A stretch of 63,770 nt of DNA, the filler included, from Armatimonadota bacterium (GTDB lineage: Bacteria; Armatimonadota; Fimbriimonadia; Fimbriimonadales; Fimbriimonadaceae), in the NCBI GenBank assembly GCA_031400935.1. It is 11 parts of 11 records of this genome, joined end to end, with 100 filler letters (N's around TTAATTAATTAA, not from the genome) between each part and the next. Parts side by side here need not be neighbours in the genome. Positions count along the whole stretch, not along the records: positions 29,239 to 33,303 come from JANNQV010000006.1; positions 33,404 to 35,543 come from JANNQV010000007.1; positions 35,644 to 37,327 come from JANNQV010000009.1; positions 37,428 to 53,167 come from JANNQV010000010.1; 7 more parts are not named here. One strand, 5' to 3'. Below the pieces are notes generated by a model. That model saw only the letters and a program-made list of their open reading frames with translations. It made no database searches and was not told where the DNA came from. Below are positions 29,366 through 38,798 of the stretch, in pieces (the stretch's first letter is position 1; the number at the start of each line of letters is the position of its first letter). The translations under genes were made by a program, and so were the position numbers.

Positions 29366-31267
29366 ATGGTTGAACTTGCAATCCGAATCTTTTTGGCGCT
29401 CGGCGTAACTGCTCTCGCATTGACGCAGCACCTCCCACAGCAAACGACTGTTTTCAAATTGACCGCAATCGCTGTTGCCTATTCGATTTTGCTATTTCAA
29501 CTTGAACGAAGGAAATTTCGAAACGAGGGTGTTTCAACCCTTTTCGCTTGCGTTGATTCACTCGCAATTGCGGGATGCCTCGGACTAATCGGCAGGCTCG
29601 ACACTTTTGGATTCCTCGTTCTCTTACCAATCGCGAACGCCGCCAGCCGATTCGGGTCACTGCCCGCTACCATGGCACCGATAGCCTTTGGCTCTATGGT
29701 TGGCTCGCACATGCTTTACACCAACGCCTCTAGCCCAAGTCCGCTCCTTTTGGTACAAGCTGCAGGAGTTTTAGGGCTTGGCATGATGCTCAACGACCGC
29801 GAAACTATCCGAACAGTTACAAAACCCGTTTTGCCAGAACACAATGACCCGACAAAGGGTGACCCGCAAGAAACTCTTGATCTTCGCGAATCCTTCCGCC
29901 GCCTTCAAGATATGTACCGCGACCTGGACACTCGTGCAAAGCGCGACAGAAGCGCGATCAATTTAGCAAAGCTTGAATCAGATGGCTCGGACAACTACCT
30001 GTCTGAACTTGCTTCACGGCTCCGTGAATTGAGCGGAGCAGGTTCTGTTGCAATCCTCATTCGTACAGAAATGGACGATAAGCTTTCCGTTCGTGCTTGG
30101 AACGGCCCCATGAATCCCAAAATAAAGGCGGCTGCATTTGAATTCAAATCTGGAAGCAACCTAGCTCAAACGGCCTTAGATGTTCACGCGCAGATTTCGG
30201 AACTTCTGCGCGAATCAAGCATGCTGCATTTGTGTTTTCCATTGCGGCAGGACGAGCGACTGGTCGGCGCGATTTGCACCTTCTGTCGCGAATCAGACCA
30301 GCTTGAAAACGCCAGCGATTTTGTCAAACAATCAACAGAAATTCTGGCAAAACTCATTGCCGGTCATTTGCGATGCCAGAGGCAAGAACTGAGAATGCGT
30401 GAAGCAGAAATCTCTTATGGACTGGCAGCGATTTTGGATGGCGCACCCACTCCGAGCGTCGCCGCCGCTCGAAGTTTGAGAGAAATTTTCCCTGCATTAG
30501 GTGTTGACCATTTGGCCACGCATTGGATTGAAGATGGACTGCCTCGGCAAGCAATTTGTGAAGGTCGCGAAGCTGAATTCCTGGAGGGTTTGAGCTTTTC
30601 AAAGGGTAAGGGCTTCCATGGCTGGTTGGCATTGGGCTCGCCAGAAGTCATAATGCCCGACGTTTATGAAGATTCAAGATGTCCCTCGTCCCATGCTACC
30701 AAGGAACGAATCTCGAGCTTCGGCATTTTCCCCTTGATGCTTGGCGAAGAACCATTTGGATTTGTCACAGTTGCTTCCCAGCGGGCAGGCGGAGTTGATA
30801 TTGAAGTTGTTGATTCTTTGCGTAGAATAACCGGTGAGCTCAATGTAGTCATTTCTCGCTTAGACCCATCGGAAAACGAGTCAAGCGGCATTTGTGCAGC
30901 ATCCGAGCTTCAAGAAGCCGCCAGTACATGCAAACGCGGATATTTGGTTCATTTGGAACCTTACCGTCGCAAGCACTTGATTGACCAAGTCGGCAAGCCA
31001 AAATTTGATGCGGCAATTCAGCAATTGACCCGGCAAATTAGGGGTCGGCTGCCTGCAGGAAGCTTAATCACGCGCCGACCGGAAGGCGATTTTGTTGTGC
31101 TTCTCAAAAACGTCTCTAACGAATTTGCGGTCAGCTGGGCAAATGAAACAGCCGCAATGGCGTCGTTCATCGGGGTTCGAGTTCCGATGACAGAAAACCG
31201 CATACCATTAGCGCTGAAGGCAAAAGTTGCTCGGGTCGGCAAGCAAAAAGACTTAATTTCGGCATAA
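29366..31267 (+). CDS. membrane protein with GAF domains and a degenerate GGDEF-like C-terminus
   Basis: N-terminal TMs; PLRQDERLVGAI and PLMLGEEPFGFV GAF strands; RPEGDFVVLL at the GGDEF position. Confidence 0.65.
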   Translation: MVELAIRIFLALGVTALALTQHLPQQTTVFKLTAIAVAYSILLFQLERRKFRNEGVSTLFACVDSLAIAGCLGLIGRLDTFGFLVLLPIANAASRFGSLPATMAPIAFGSMVGSHMLYTNASSPSPLLLVQAAGVLGLGMMLNDRETIRTVTKPVLPEHNDPTKGDPQETLDLRESFRRLQDMYRDLDTRAKRDRSAINLAKLESDGSDNYLSELASRLRELSGAGSVAILIRTEMDDKLSVRAWNGPMNPKIKAAAFEFKSGSNLAQTALDVHAQISELLRESSMLHLCFPLRQDERLVGAICTFCRESDQLENASDFVKQSTEILAKLIAGHLRCQRQELRMREAEISYGLAAILDGAPTPSVAAARSLREIFPALGVDHLATHWIEDGLPRQAICEGREAEFLEGLSFSKGKGFHGWLALGSPEVIMPDVYEDSRCPSSHATKERISSFGIFPLMLGEEPFGFVTVASQRAGGVDIEVVDSLRRITGELNVVISRLDPSENESSGICAASELQEAASTCKRGYLVHLEPYRRKHLIDQVGKPKFDAAIQQLTRQIRGRLPAGSLITRRPEGDFVVLLKNVSNEFAVSWANETAAMASFIGVRVPMTENRIPLALKAKVARVGKQKDLISA

Positions 31268-31361
31268 TCACGCGATTTTGCGCAATGTCTGGCAATTTTG
31301 CGCGTAGGCTTGCTCCTCTCAGTGAGCTACTCTAGATCAGTAAGGTTGGCGACCACTGAGG

Positions 31362-31967
31362 TTGGGGGCACGTGAGGTACTTAGGGGAATGAAAAAACAA
31401 CACAAACAGGCGGCTCAATTCGACAACCATTCAGCGCAAACTCTGTTTGCTCTCGCTCAAGTCGCATTTGACCAGTCAGAACTTCGCGAATGTCTAAGCC
31501 TTGCAAAGAGATCCGTTCGCAAAGAGCCAGATCACTTGGGTTCCTGGGAACTTGTGGCACGATCACAATGGCGACTAGGACACTACAGAGAAGCTTTGCA
31601 AACGATAGACCGCTTGGTTTCGCTCAATCCATACGAGCCGGGCTACTTCTATCTGAGAGGCATGATACTGCAAGGCTTGGGACATTGCGGGATCGCAATT
31701 GAGGCTATGCAAAGGTGCCTTTCTTTTGAAGATTCGCCAGTTGCAGAGCAAGCCATGGCTGCTCTAAAGGAACTTGAGTCGTGGCAAGCGGTATTGATTG
31801 CAGAAGCGTTGGAATCTGATCAAGTTTTTAGAATTGAATACGCCCGAAATTCGATTGCGGCGTGCCAAGCGAAGGGATTTCGACTTATTGTTGCCGAGCA
31901 ATCGAGAGTAAAAGCTCGAAGAGAGGCAACAGTGCGATCTCTGCATTGGACTCGGAACGATTCGTAG
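31362..31967 (+). CDS. tetratricopeptide repeat protein
   Basis: Tandem TPR patterns; start may be 31389. Confidence 0.75.
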   Translation: MGAREVLRGMKKQHKQAAQFDNHSAQTLFALAQVAFDQSELRECLSLAKRSVRKEPDHLGSWELVARSQWRLGHYREALQTIDRLVSLNPYEPGYFYLRGMILQGLGHCGIAIEAMQRCLSFEDSPVAEQAMAALKELESWQAVLIAEALESDQVFRIEYARNSIAACQAKGFRLIVAEQSRVKARREATVRSLHWTRNDS

Positions 31968-31998
31968 TTCGGTTTTGTTCAGGTTTAGAAGACAAAAT

Positions 31999-32054
31999 TA
32001 GGACCAGTAGGACAGGTATGACATATTCGTCCTACGAGTCCTAGGCGTCCTATA
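31999..32054. repeat. short inverted array of TAGGAC/GTCCTA units
   Basis: TAGGACCAG TAGGACAGG TATGAC facing GTCCTACGA GTCCTAGGC GTCCTATA. Confidence 0.55.
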
Positions 32055-32120
32055 GAGTCTTCAAACCGAGCCAATCTGTAACCAGATATACTCGTTCATC
32101 ATTCGAGGTACGATTTTCCC

Positions 32121-32843
32121 ATGATAAAACTAATTGTTCTTGCCTTTTCTGCACTCTTAATTGCCGGTTGCGATCCGAAGGAAGTCAATTCCTCAGGAAT
32201 CGCAGTCGGAGAAAGCACAACAACCACTATGACTAGCGAATCTACAACCACCAGCGAACCCGAAGTATCCGCAAGCGAATACGTCATTCCTTATCCAGAC
32301 CGTAAGCCAAAGGACGGCGAAGAAGTCGGAGTGTTCGAAACAGAGAAAGGCAAAATTGTCTTCATGTTCTTCCCAGACAAAGCGCCAAAGCACGTTTCAC
32401 AATTGAAGAAGCTTCTCAAAGACGGATTCTATACTGGAACACGATTCCATCGTTGTATGAACAATTTCATGGTTCAAGGTGGCGATCCTAATTCAAAAGA
32501 TATGTCGAAGGCTGGAATGTGGGGCACAGGCGGATATGTCGAGAATGGCAAAGAAGTGAACATTCCCGCTGAATTTACCGACATCAAGCACTTGCGGGGA
32601 GTTTGCAGTGCGGCACGTTCTCCGGATCCGAACTCGGCTTCGAGCCAATTCTTTTTGATGCAAGCCGCTTATCCTTCGCTGGACGGCCAATACTCTGCCT
32701 GGGGACAAGTGCTTTCAGGCATGGATGCAGTTGACAAAATCGTACTCACGGGCGATCCTAACCCGCAAGCGAACGGCGCCGTTGAACCTTCTGCCGCCAT
32801 TGTGATCACAAAGGCATCGCTAGAAAAATGGCCGGTTAAGTAG
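32121..32843 (+). CDS. cyclophilin-type peptidyl-prolyl isomerase lipoprotein
   Basis: Lipobox IAGC; FYTGTRFHR, FMVQGGDP, SASSQFF and LDGQY motifs. Confidence 0.93.
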   Translation: MIKLIVLAFSALLIAGCDPKEVNSSGIAVGESTTTTMTSESTTTSEPEVSASEYVIPYPDRKPKDGEEVGVFETEKGKIVFMFFPDKAPKHVSQLKKLLKDGFYTGTRFHRCMNNFMVQGGDPNSKDMSKAGMWGTGGYVENGKEVNIPAEFTDIKHLRGVCSAARSPDPNSASSQFFLMQAAYPSLDGQYSAWGQVLSGMDAVDKIVLTGDPNPQANGAVEPSAAIVITKASLEKWPVK

Positions 32844-32943
32844 TGGGGAGATTGTAAGGCTGTCTATTTTGGATTGCCGATGTGGAGAGCGGGCGAAGGC
32901 TAGGATGGGGGCGTTGCGCGGGATTCCGAGTGCGGGATTCGAA

Positions 32944-33085
32944 AACAACCAACAACCAACAACCAATAACGACTTCCACCCCCACCCTGCCCTCCCCCGC
33001 AGACGCTAAGCTTGAAGAGATAAAGGTTTCGCAGTCTGCAGGGGACGGTTTCGCGCTTGCCAACCAACAACCAATAACTAACAAC
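32944..33085. repeat. heptamer (CAACCAA-type) tracts flanking a CCCCCACCCTGCCCTCCCCCGC..GCAGGGGA REP-like element
   Basis: AACCAAC runs at about 32944-32970 and 33061-33085. Confidence 0.6.
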
Positions 33086-33109
33086 GATCCCGCCGGGTAA
33101 ATTCCACCT

Positions 33110-33303
33110 ATGCTCGATCCACGTGTTGCCCGGCTTGCCGAAGTTCTCGTCACCCACTCCACCGAACTCACTCCCGACGACCGCGTGATGATTCACGCCT
33201 TCGACATCCCCGATGAGGCTGTTTCTGAAGTTGTTCGAGCCGCGCAGGCTACAGGTGCTCAGGTCGTTGTCAAATCTGAGCATGCCCACGTCATGCGGCA
33301 GCA
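33110..33303 (+). CDS. aminopeptidase (M29/AmpS-like), N-terminal fragment
   Basis: MLDPRVARLAEVLV.HS..L...DRV.I N-terminus is typical of M29. Confidence 0.7.
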
Positions 33304-33467
33304 NNNNNNNNNNNNNNNNNNNNNNNNNNNNNNNNNNNNNNNNNNNNTTAATTAATTAANNNNNNNNNNNNNNNNNNNNNNNNNNNNNNNNNNNNNNNNN
33401 NNNAATGGAAAGAGAGCGCAGATGCGCTCTCTTTTTTATTTTGAATCGAGTACAATTTGCGGCTAAG

Positions 33468-33542
33468 GCCGGAGTAGCTCAGGGGTAGAGCAGCTGTTTT
33501 GTAAACAGCGGGTCGCGGGTTCGAATCCTGTCTCCGGCTCCA
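33468..33542 (+). tRNA. tRNA-Thr (TGT)
   Basis: GCCGGAG/CTCCGGC acceptor stem, anticodon loop TTTGTAA, GGTTCGAATCC T-arm, encoded CCA; TACAAT -10 at 33451. Confidence 0.96.
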
Positions 33543-33600
33543 GACTTTAGGTTCAAAGTGAGCCAATTTAAGAGTTCGGCCAGTTAGATAAAGTACCGTT

Positions 33601-33622
33601 TGACAGCAGAGTGACAGCAGAG
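33601..33622 (+). repeat. perfect 11-bp tandem repeat TGACAGCAGAG x2 (integrase arm-site-like)
   Basis: Direct repeat about 60 nt after the tRNA 3' end. Confidence 0.6.
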
Positions 33623-34038
33623 AGCTTGATTCAACAGCCGTTTTTCGGCATATCGCATTCCACAAAGCCAGACCCTATCGTTGGGAGATTTTTCGACATT
33701 CCAAACGGTTTGCCAATCGTTATCAAATGACTTGTGGGCCAAATGATGTTTTATTTTTCGAGGGGGCGGGGGTGGTCTCCATTTCGAAGGGGCGGGGGTA
33801 TGGGACCCAGCCCGGCACCTTCCGTCCAGCACTTCATTTCAAATTTCGCAAAAAATGGAATTTGGGCGTATTTCAGCGAAAAATATACTTCGTCGCAACC
33901 ACTAACATACTTTGGTCGTCATAATGGGTTGAAGGCGAACGAAAGCGCCTGAGTTAAGCGCGTACCCGGACTCCTAAATAGTAATGGAACCCAAGGGTCA
34001 AAATTGTAGGAAGGTGAATTAAATGAACAAGCTTGCTT

Positions 34039-34254
34039 ATGATTCCAACAAATGGTTCTTCCGCTGACGCCCGGCTAGCCCGTGCATTCTTTCGAATCCC
34101 TGAAGTCTGTGAGCAACTCTCGCTCGGACGCACAGCAGTTTATCGGCTGATTGCGTCTGGACAGCTTCGTTCCTGTAAGTTCGGTCGCTCGACCCGTATT
34201 TCCGCTTCTGCTCTATTTGAGTTTATTGAGGCGAAGGTCAACGAGGGGAGCTAA
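34039..34254 (+). CDS. excisionase-family helix-turn-helix protein
   Basis: FRIPEVCEQLSLGRTAVYRLIASGQLRSCKFGRSTRIS pattern (HTH_17/AlpA-like). Confidence 0.88.
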   Translation: MIPTNGSSADARLARAFFRIPEVCEQLSLGRTAVYRLIASGQLRSCKFGRSTRISASALFEFIEAKVNEGS

Positions 34255-34403
34255 CCGACCATGACAAGAAAACATAACCCCGCCTGGCAGGGCGGGGATA
34301 TTCTCATTGACTGCTGTCGCATCACTCTCAACGTTCCGCGAAGTGCAAGATATTGTTGCTTGGTCTCAACGCCCCATTTCTCTCATTACAGGAAAGTGGG
34401 GAC

Positions 34404-35078
34404 ATGAGCGACTCCGTTAAGTTGTCGAGCCTTATCATATTGAAATGTGGCATTGACCGCAGAGTGCTTCAAAAAGCAGTTGCTGACTTTGCCATTCACG
34501 TCACGACCAGTGTAGCATCTGGTGCCAATCAAGAATGGCAAATACCCTTTCTCTTGGTACGAAGAATTCAGAAGGTTCTCGCCGAAAACGACATTAACTT
34601 GCCATCGTCTGAAATTGGTCAACTTCGGACATTCGTAATGGAGTTCTGCGATTTGATTCGCCCAACAATCCAAGGATCGGGCCAATTTGACTATTATGAT
34701 CATGAAGAATTTTGGGATCGGTTCATCGGTCACTGGCACAAGCCCAAAACGCTTGAAGGTGAGCGATTGCTTGATGTTGCTCTTCGCAATGCACATAACA
34801 ATCCAATCACCTTGACACAAGACCTTCAAAGTCCTCGATTAACGGAACTCGCCTCGATTGCATATCACTTGCAACTGCTTAGGGATGACGAGCCCATTCT
34901 TCTGCCGCTGAGCCTTCTCGTCAATCTTCTCGGCATCTCAAAAGAGAGGGTTTGGAGTCTTCGTACAAAGTTAGTGCATATTGGGCTCTTGGTAAAAGTC
35001 CGGGAACATATTGCACATTCAAAGGCAAACGAATATCGCTTCCAACTTGATCGAACCGACCTATTCACAGTTCCATGA
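34404..35078 (+). CDS. hypothetical protein with C-terminal winged helix, putative replication protein
   Basis: LVNLLGISKERVWSLRTKLVHIGLL..KANEYRF wHTH-like end; follows the excisionase and precedes the iteron-like repeats. Confidence 0.5.
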   Translation: MSDSVKLSSLIILKCGIDRRVLQKAVADFAIHVTTSVASGANQEWQIPFLLVRRIQKVLAENDINLPSSEIGQLRTFVMEFCDLIRPTIQGSGQFDYYDHEEFWDRFIGHWHKPKTLEGERLLDVALRNAHNNPITLTQDLQSPRLTELASIAYHLQLLRDDEPILLPLSLLVNLLGISKERVWSLRTKLVHIGLLVKVREHIAHSKANEYRFQLDRTDLFTVP

Positions 35079-35087
35079 CTACGGGTT

Positions 35088-35209
35088 AACCCATGATACA
35101 CAGATACGCAAGATACACAGAAACCCAAGAAAAAGAGAATTCCAAGAAAAAAAGAAACCCAAGATTCCTAGATTCGCAAGAATCCCATGAAAAGAAAGAA
35201 ACAAAAAGA
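35088..35209 (+). repeat. 17-bp-period iteron-like array
   Basis: CA(A/T)GA ends at 35096, 35113, 35130, 35147, 35164 and 35181, alternating with 8-mers ending AGA. Confidence 0.8.
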
Positions 35210-35393
35210 ACAATAGGGAAAACTATTGAGTTCGATAAAATCCGACTGATTGCTTGATGGTTTCACTGCTAAGTGGGACTATCCACTGACCAGTCCAGCA
35301 CGGACTCTCTCTTCGATTTCTCATCCCGCGCAGGACTTCAAAAGCGCTGAAATTCGACTCTCTCAACCTACGTTCAGGTAAGTTCGTTGAGAA

Positions 35394-35543
35394 ATGAGAA
35401 TAGGACGCCGATCCCTCGTGCGGGACATTCGTGAACTCTGGTCAACGGAAACAAAATTCAGCGATTGGCTCGCGACCGAAAAGGGAACAGAGTTACTTGC
35501 TCAAGACCTTTCCATTGAAGTCGAGAATCTCGTGCGGGAGTGT
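35394..35543 (+). CDS. N-terminus of a DUF4268-associated/restriction-endonuclease-like protein (3' truncated)
   Basis: DIRELWSTETKFSDWLA..G.ELLAQDL.IE resembles the LR.VW..E..F..WL N-terminus of that family. Confidence 0.5.
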
Positions 35544-35643
35544 NNNNNNNNNNNNNNNNNNNNNNNNNNNNNNNNNNNNNNNNNNNNTTAATTAATTAAN
35601 NNNNNNNNNNNNNNNNNNNNNNNNNNNNNNNNNNNNNNNNNNN

Positions 35644-35947
35644 AGTCAGCTACCTTTTGGCTGGTGGAACAAGCGACTTCGCGCAAAACAATGTCGGTTT
35701 TGACTTTGCTATTGGCTACAACCTCAGCCAAAAACAAAGGCTCCAGGCGGTGTATCGGTTCGGCCATTCGACCGGATTTTTGCCGCAGGATGACGAGGCT
35801 TTTGAGTTTTCTCACGTTTATCAGCTTTGGCAAGGCGTTTCGCTGGTCAGTTCGTACAAGTATCGCAATGTGGTGAATCTGGACGGGAATCCTAGCGGAA
35901 TGTACAAGTCGAGCGGGCTTGATTTGGAGTTGAGGTTAGGGTTCTAG
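35644..35947 (+). CDS. outer-membrane beta-barrel-like protein, C-terminal fragment
   Basis: Amphipathic strands ending LELRLGF (terminal Phe). Confidence 0.55.
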
Positions 35948-36050
35948 TAGAGAGTTAGACGAACTTTTGAGGCCGCCAACTTTCCTCCTTTGTAGTCGAA
36001 GAGTCCAAACGCCAAAAAGGTCGACGAATTTCACTCTCTTGAAGTCGCAT

Positions 36051-36277
36051 ATCCTGAAGGGATTTCGTATGTCAGCCTAGGGTTCCCCGCAACTAAGGCG
36101 GGGAACCCTGGGCTATAGGGCACCAATTGTCCAACCCTGAAGTGGTTGTGTAAAAACTTTCCGAAATTTCATGTTGCGCAACCCTTGCAGGGTTGAAAAT
36201 CACCTCCATTCAAACCCCACATTGATTCGTTGTGGCAAATCAATGTGGGGCTGACATACTCAATCCCGATGGGATTG
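36051..36277. repeat. composite REP/REPIN-like palindromic element
   Basis: ATCCTGAAGGGAT, AACCCTGAAGTGGTT, AACCCTTGCAGGGTT and AATCCCGATGGGATT hairpins; outer inverted repeat GTATGTCAGCC/GGCTGACATAC. Confidence 0.7.
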
Positions 36278-36362
36278 GCGGGATTGTTACACGATTCTCG
36301 CGGTCAAGTGCCAATCCCGAATTCCTGGGTTGATGGGAATCCGTAAGTTGTTCGAAAAATGA

Positions 36363-36920
36363 TCAGACCAACTGAATCAGCAGCTTCTTAGCCTCTTTTC
36401 TTGTTAGCGGCTTCCTTTTTGTTTTGAATGACACTTTGTTCTCAACGGCCTGATCCCTGATTTCCTTGGACAAAGTGCAACAACAATTGAGAAGAATCTT
36501 GGAGCAAGATTTCAAGGCTTTAGGTGGAATGGTTGGAACTCCGAGGTTTCTTGTTAGTGCCATCGTAGCCACATAAAGCCCTGAATGCTGATATATGATA
36601 TGCAGAATTTTGCCGTGTTGATCAATGAGAGTTCGTGCACGCTTGAATTGGTGGTATTTGATGGTCGCCTTCAACAGCATTTCAAGGGAAGGCGCATGGC
36701 GCGGCTCCATTGCAAAGTTCTTCTGAAGAAATTTAACGGCTATGGGAATGTTGCCACGTTGCATTTCGAGATTGCCATAAAAGTAGAGGGGGCGCGAGGC
36801 GTTAGGGTCCAAAATAATCGCTTCACGAAACAACTGAAGTGCAGTTTCCGGGTCATAGTCCCCAATCACATGTCCGTAATCAGCAAGCCTATATGATTCA
36901 TTTTCGAAGTCAATTCTCAT
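36363..36920 (-). CDS. TPR-containing hypothetical protein
   Basis: A..LFREAIILDP and following TPR patterns. Confidence 0.65.
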   Translation of the reverse strand: MRIDFENESYRLADYGHVIGDYDPETALQLFREAIILDPNASRPLYFYGNLEMQRGNIPIAVKFLQKNFAMEPRHAPSLEMLLKATIKYHQFKRARTLIDQHGKILHIIYQHSGLYVATMALTRNLGVPTIPPKALKSCSKILLNCCCTLSKEIRDQAVENKVSFKTKRKPLTRKEAKKLLIQLV

Positions 36921-36978
36921 GAGAAAGGCTTGGTTTGCTCAGTTCATCTGCTGTTACCCATTTCACTCTCATCGTATG

Positions 36979-37327
36979 TCACCCAATCCTCAATTCATGC
37001 GTCCCCATCGCGATTTCCTGAGAATCATTCGTTGCCAGAACAACAGCACCATGTTCAAGTTGATCCTTTACCAAACTTAAGACCAGCTCCCGCCCTTCCT
37101 CATCTAGACCTGCGCTTGGTTCGTCGAGGAGCAATAGTTTGGGTGAAGACTGCGCCGCCAAAGCCAATTTCAGGCGCGAACGCATACCAGTAGAAAGCTG
37201 CCCAGCGTAGCGATCTGCTGCATCTTGAAGCCCAATTCTTTCGATCCATTTTTCTGCTTCAGGCGGAATATCGCGAAGCTCTCCTGCCAAAACTAGGTGC
37301 TCACGAACCGTGAGGCTTGCGTACACC
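36979..37327 (-). CDS. ABC transporter ATP-binding protein, C-terminal fragment (CcmA-like)
   Basis: LSTGM signature, LLLLDEP Walker B. Confidence 0.85.
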
Positions 37328-37427
37328 NNNNNNNNNNNNNNNNNNNNNNNNNNNNNNNNNNNNNNNNNNNNTTAATTAATTAANNNNNNNNNNNNNNNNN
37401 NNNNNNNNNNNNNNNNNNNNNNNNNNN

Positions 37428-38777
37428 GGGCTTGGGCTCATCGTAACGCTCGCAACTTTTGCAACAGGATTCATCGTGCGCCCATTTGGCGCGATCTTCT
37501 TCGGACGAATGGGCGACTTGGTCGGAAGAAAGCACACGTTTATGCTCACATTGCTCATGATGGGGCTTGCGACATTTGCTATCGGCTTGGTTCCTGGCTT
37601 CGATTCAATCGGCTACTTCGCGCCAGTTATTGTGCTCATTTTGAGGCTGATTCAGGGATTAGCTTTGGGCGGCGAGTACGGTGGAGCAGCAACCTATGTG
37701 GCAGAGCACGCGCCTGATGGCAAACGAGGCTTCTATACAAGCTTCATACAAACAACGGCGACCCTTGGGCTTTTTGTTTCGCTCTTGATAATTTTGGCAA
37801 CAAGGTCTATGCTAGGAGAGGCGGACTTCAACGTTTGGGGATGGCGAATTCCGTTCCTTCTTTCGAGCGTTCTTGTTGTGATTTCTTATGTGATCCGGCG
37901 AAAAATGGCAGAATCGCCACTGTTTCAAAGAACCAAAGACAAGGGCGAAATTAGCAAGAATCCGCTTCGAGAGAGTTTTGTCGCTCCCGAAAACCGCAGG
38001 CTTGTCCTCATTGCACTCTTTGGCGCAACGGCAGGGCAAGGCGTAGTTTGGTACACCGGCCAGTTCTATGCGCTCTACTTTTTGCAAACCGTCATGAACG
38101 TGCAGAGCGCCTCGGCGAACAAGATCATCGCATGGGCACTTGTTTTTGGGACTCCATTGTTCATTCTATTTGGATTCTTGAGCGACAGAATTGGGCGCAA
38201 GAAAATTATGATGGCTGGCTGCTTGATTGCGGTTTTGGCGTATATGCCGATCTATACGGCAATGCAGAAAACGATTCCATCCCTTGATTCGTTTACTATG
38301 TCAGCTCCAAAAGTTGAAACAGTGATTGACCCAGTTTCGAAGAAGGAAACGACCTGGAATGTGTCAACCGGAGTCAATGCGGAATTCAAGATCACGCGCA
38401 AAGATCCGCCGACACCATCCGACAAAGTGAAGCCTCAGATACAAATTACGCCGGATTCGACCGCCTATTGGACTTTGGTTTTTCTAGTTTTCATTCAAGT
38501 CGTGTTCGTGACCATGGTTTATGGGCCGATAGCAGCGTTTCTGGTTGAAATGTTTCCGACCAAGATTCGGTACACGTCCATGTCGCTTCCATATCACATC
38601 GGAAATGGCGTATTTGGTGGACTTGTGCCGCTAATTGGAACAGCCATGGTCGGGGCGACAGGAAACAAGTTAGCGGGACTTTGGTATCCGATGGCAATCG
38701 CTTCGATTACGTTCTTCGTAGGTTCGATTCTCATTCACGAGAAGAAAACGAATCAGGGTTTCGTTGAAGAAGGGTAA
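37428..38777 (+). CDS. MFS metabolite:H+ symporter (MHS family; 5' truncated)
   Basis: RPFGAIFFGRMGD.VGRK, GGEYGGAATY.AE and WGWRIPF motifs. Confidence 0.93.
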   Translation, partial: GLGLIVTLATFATGFIVRPFGAIFFGRMGDLVGRKHTFMLTLLMMGLATFAIGLVPGFDSIGYFAPVIVLILRLIQGLALGGEYGGAATYVAEHAPDGKRGFYTSFIQTTATLGLFVSLLIILATRSMLGEADFNVWGWRIPFLLSSVLVVISYVIRRKMAESPLFQRTKDKGEISKNPLRESFVAPENRRLVLIALFGATAGQGVVWYTGQFYALYFLQTVMNVQSASANKIIAWALVFGTPLFILFGFLSDRIGRKKIMMAGCLIAVLAYMPIYTAMQKTIPSLDSFTMSAPKVETVIDPVSKKETTWNVSTGVNAEFKITRKDPPTPSDKVKPQIQITPDSTAYWTLVFLVFIQVVFVTMVYGPIAAFLVEMFPTKIRYTSMSLPYHIGNGVFGGLVPLIGTAMVGATGNKLAGLWYPMAIASITFFVGSILIHEKKTNQGFVEEG

Positions 38778-38798
38778 GAGGTTAACCCGCAACAAGGA

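Larger units (their letters stand above)
33543..35543 (+). mobile_element. left end of an integrative element or phage satellite at tRNA-Thr
   Basis: Arm-site-like tandem repeat, excisionase, rep-like gene, iteron-like array and cargo gene; no integrase within this contig. Confidence 0.65.

Noticed and set aside
32836..33289. ORFs across the heptamer/REP region
   Set aside because: These are open frames produced by low-complexity repeats (NNQQPIT, CWLLV).
33348..33952. ORFs overlapping and following the tRNA
   Set aside because: One is the antisense reading of tRNA-Thr; the others are short, mutually overlapping and motif-free in att-proximal DNA.
34023..34067. Strong RBS plus ATG upstream of the excisionase in another frame, suggesting a programmed frameshift
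   Set aside because: No slippery sequence is evident, and an in-frame ATG at 34039 can supply the full HTH domain.
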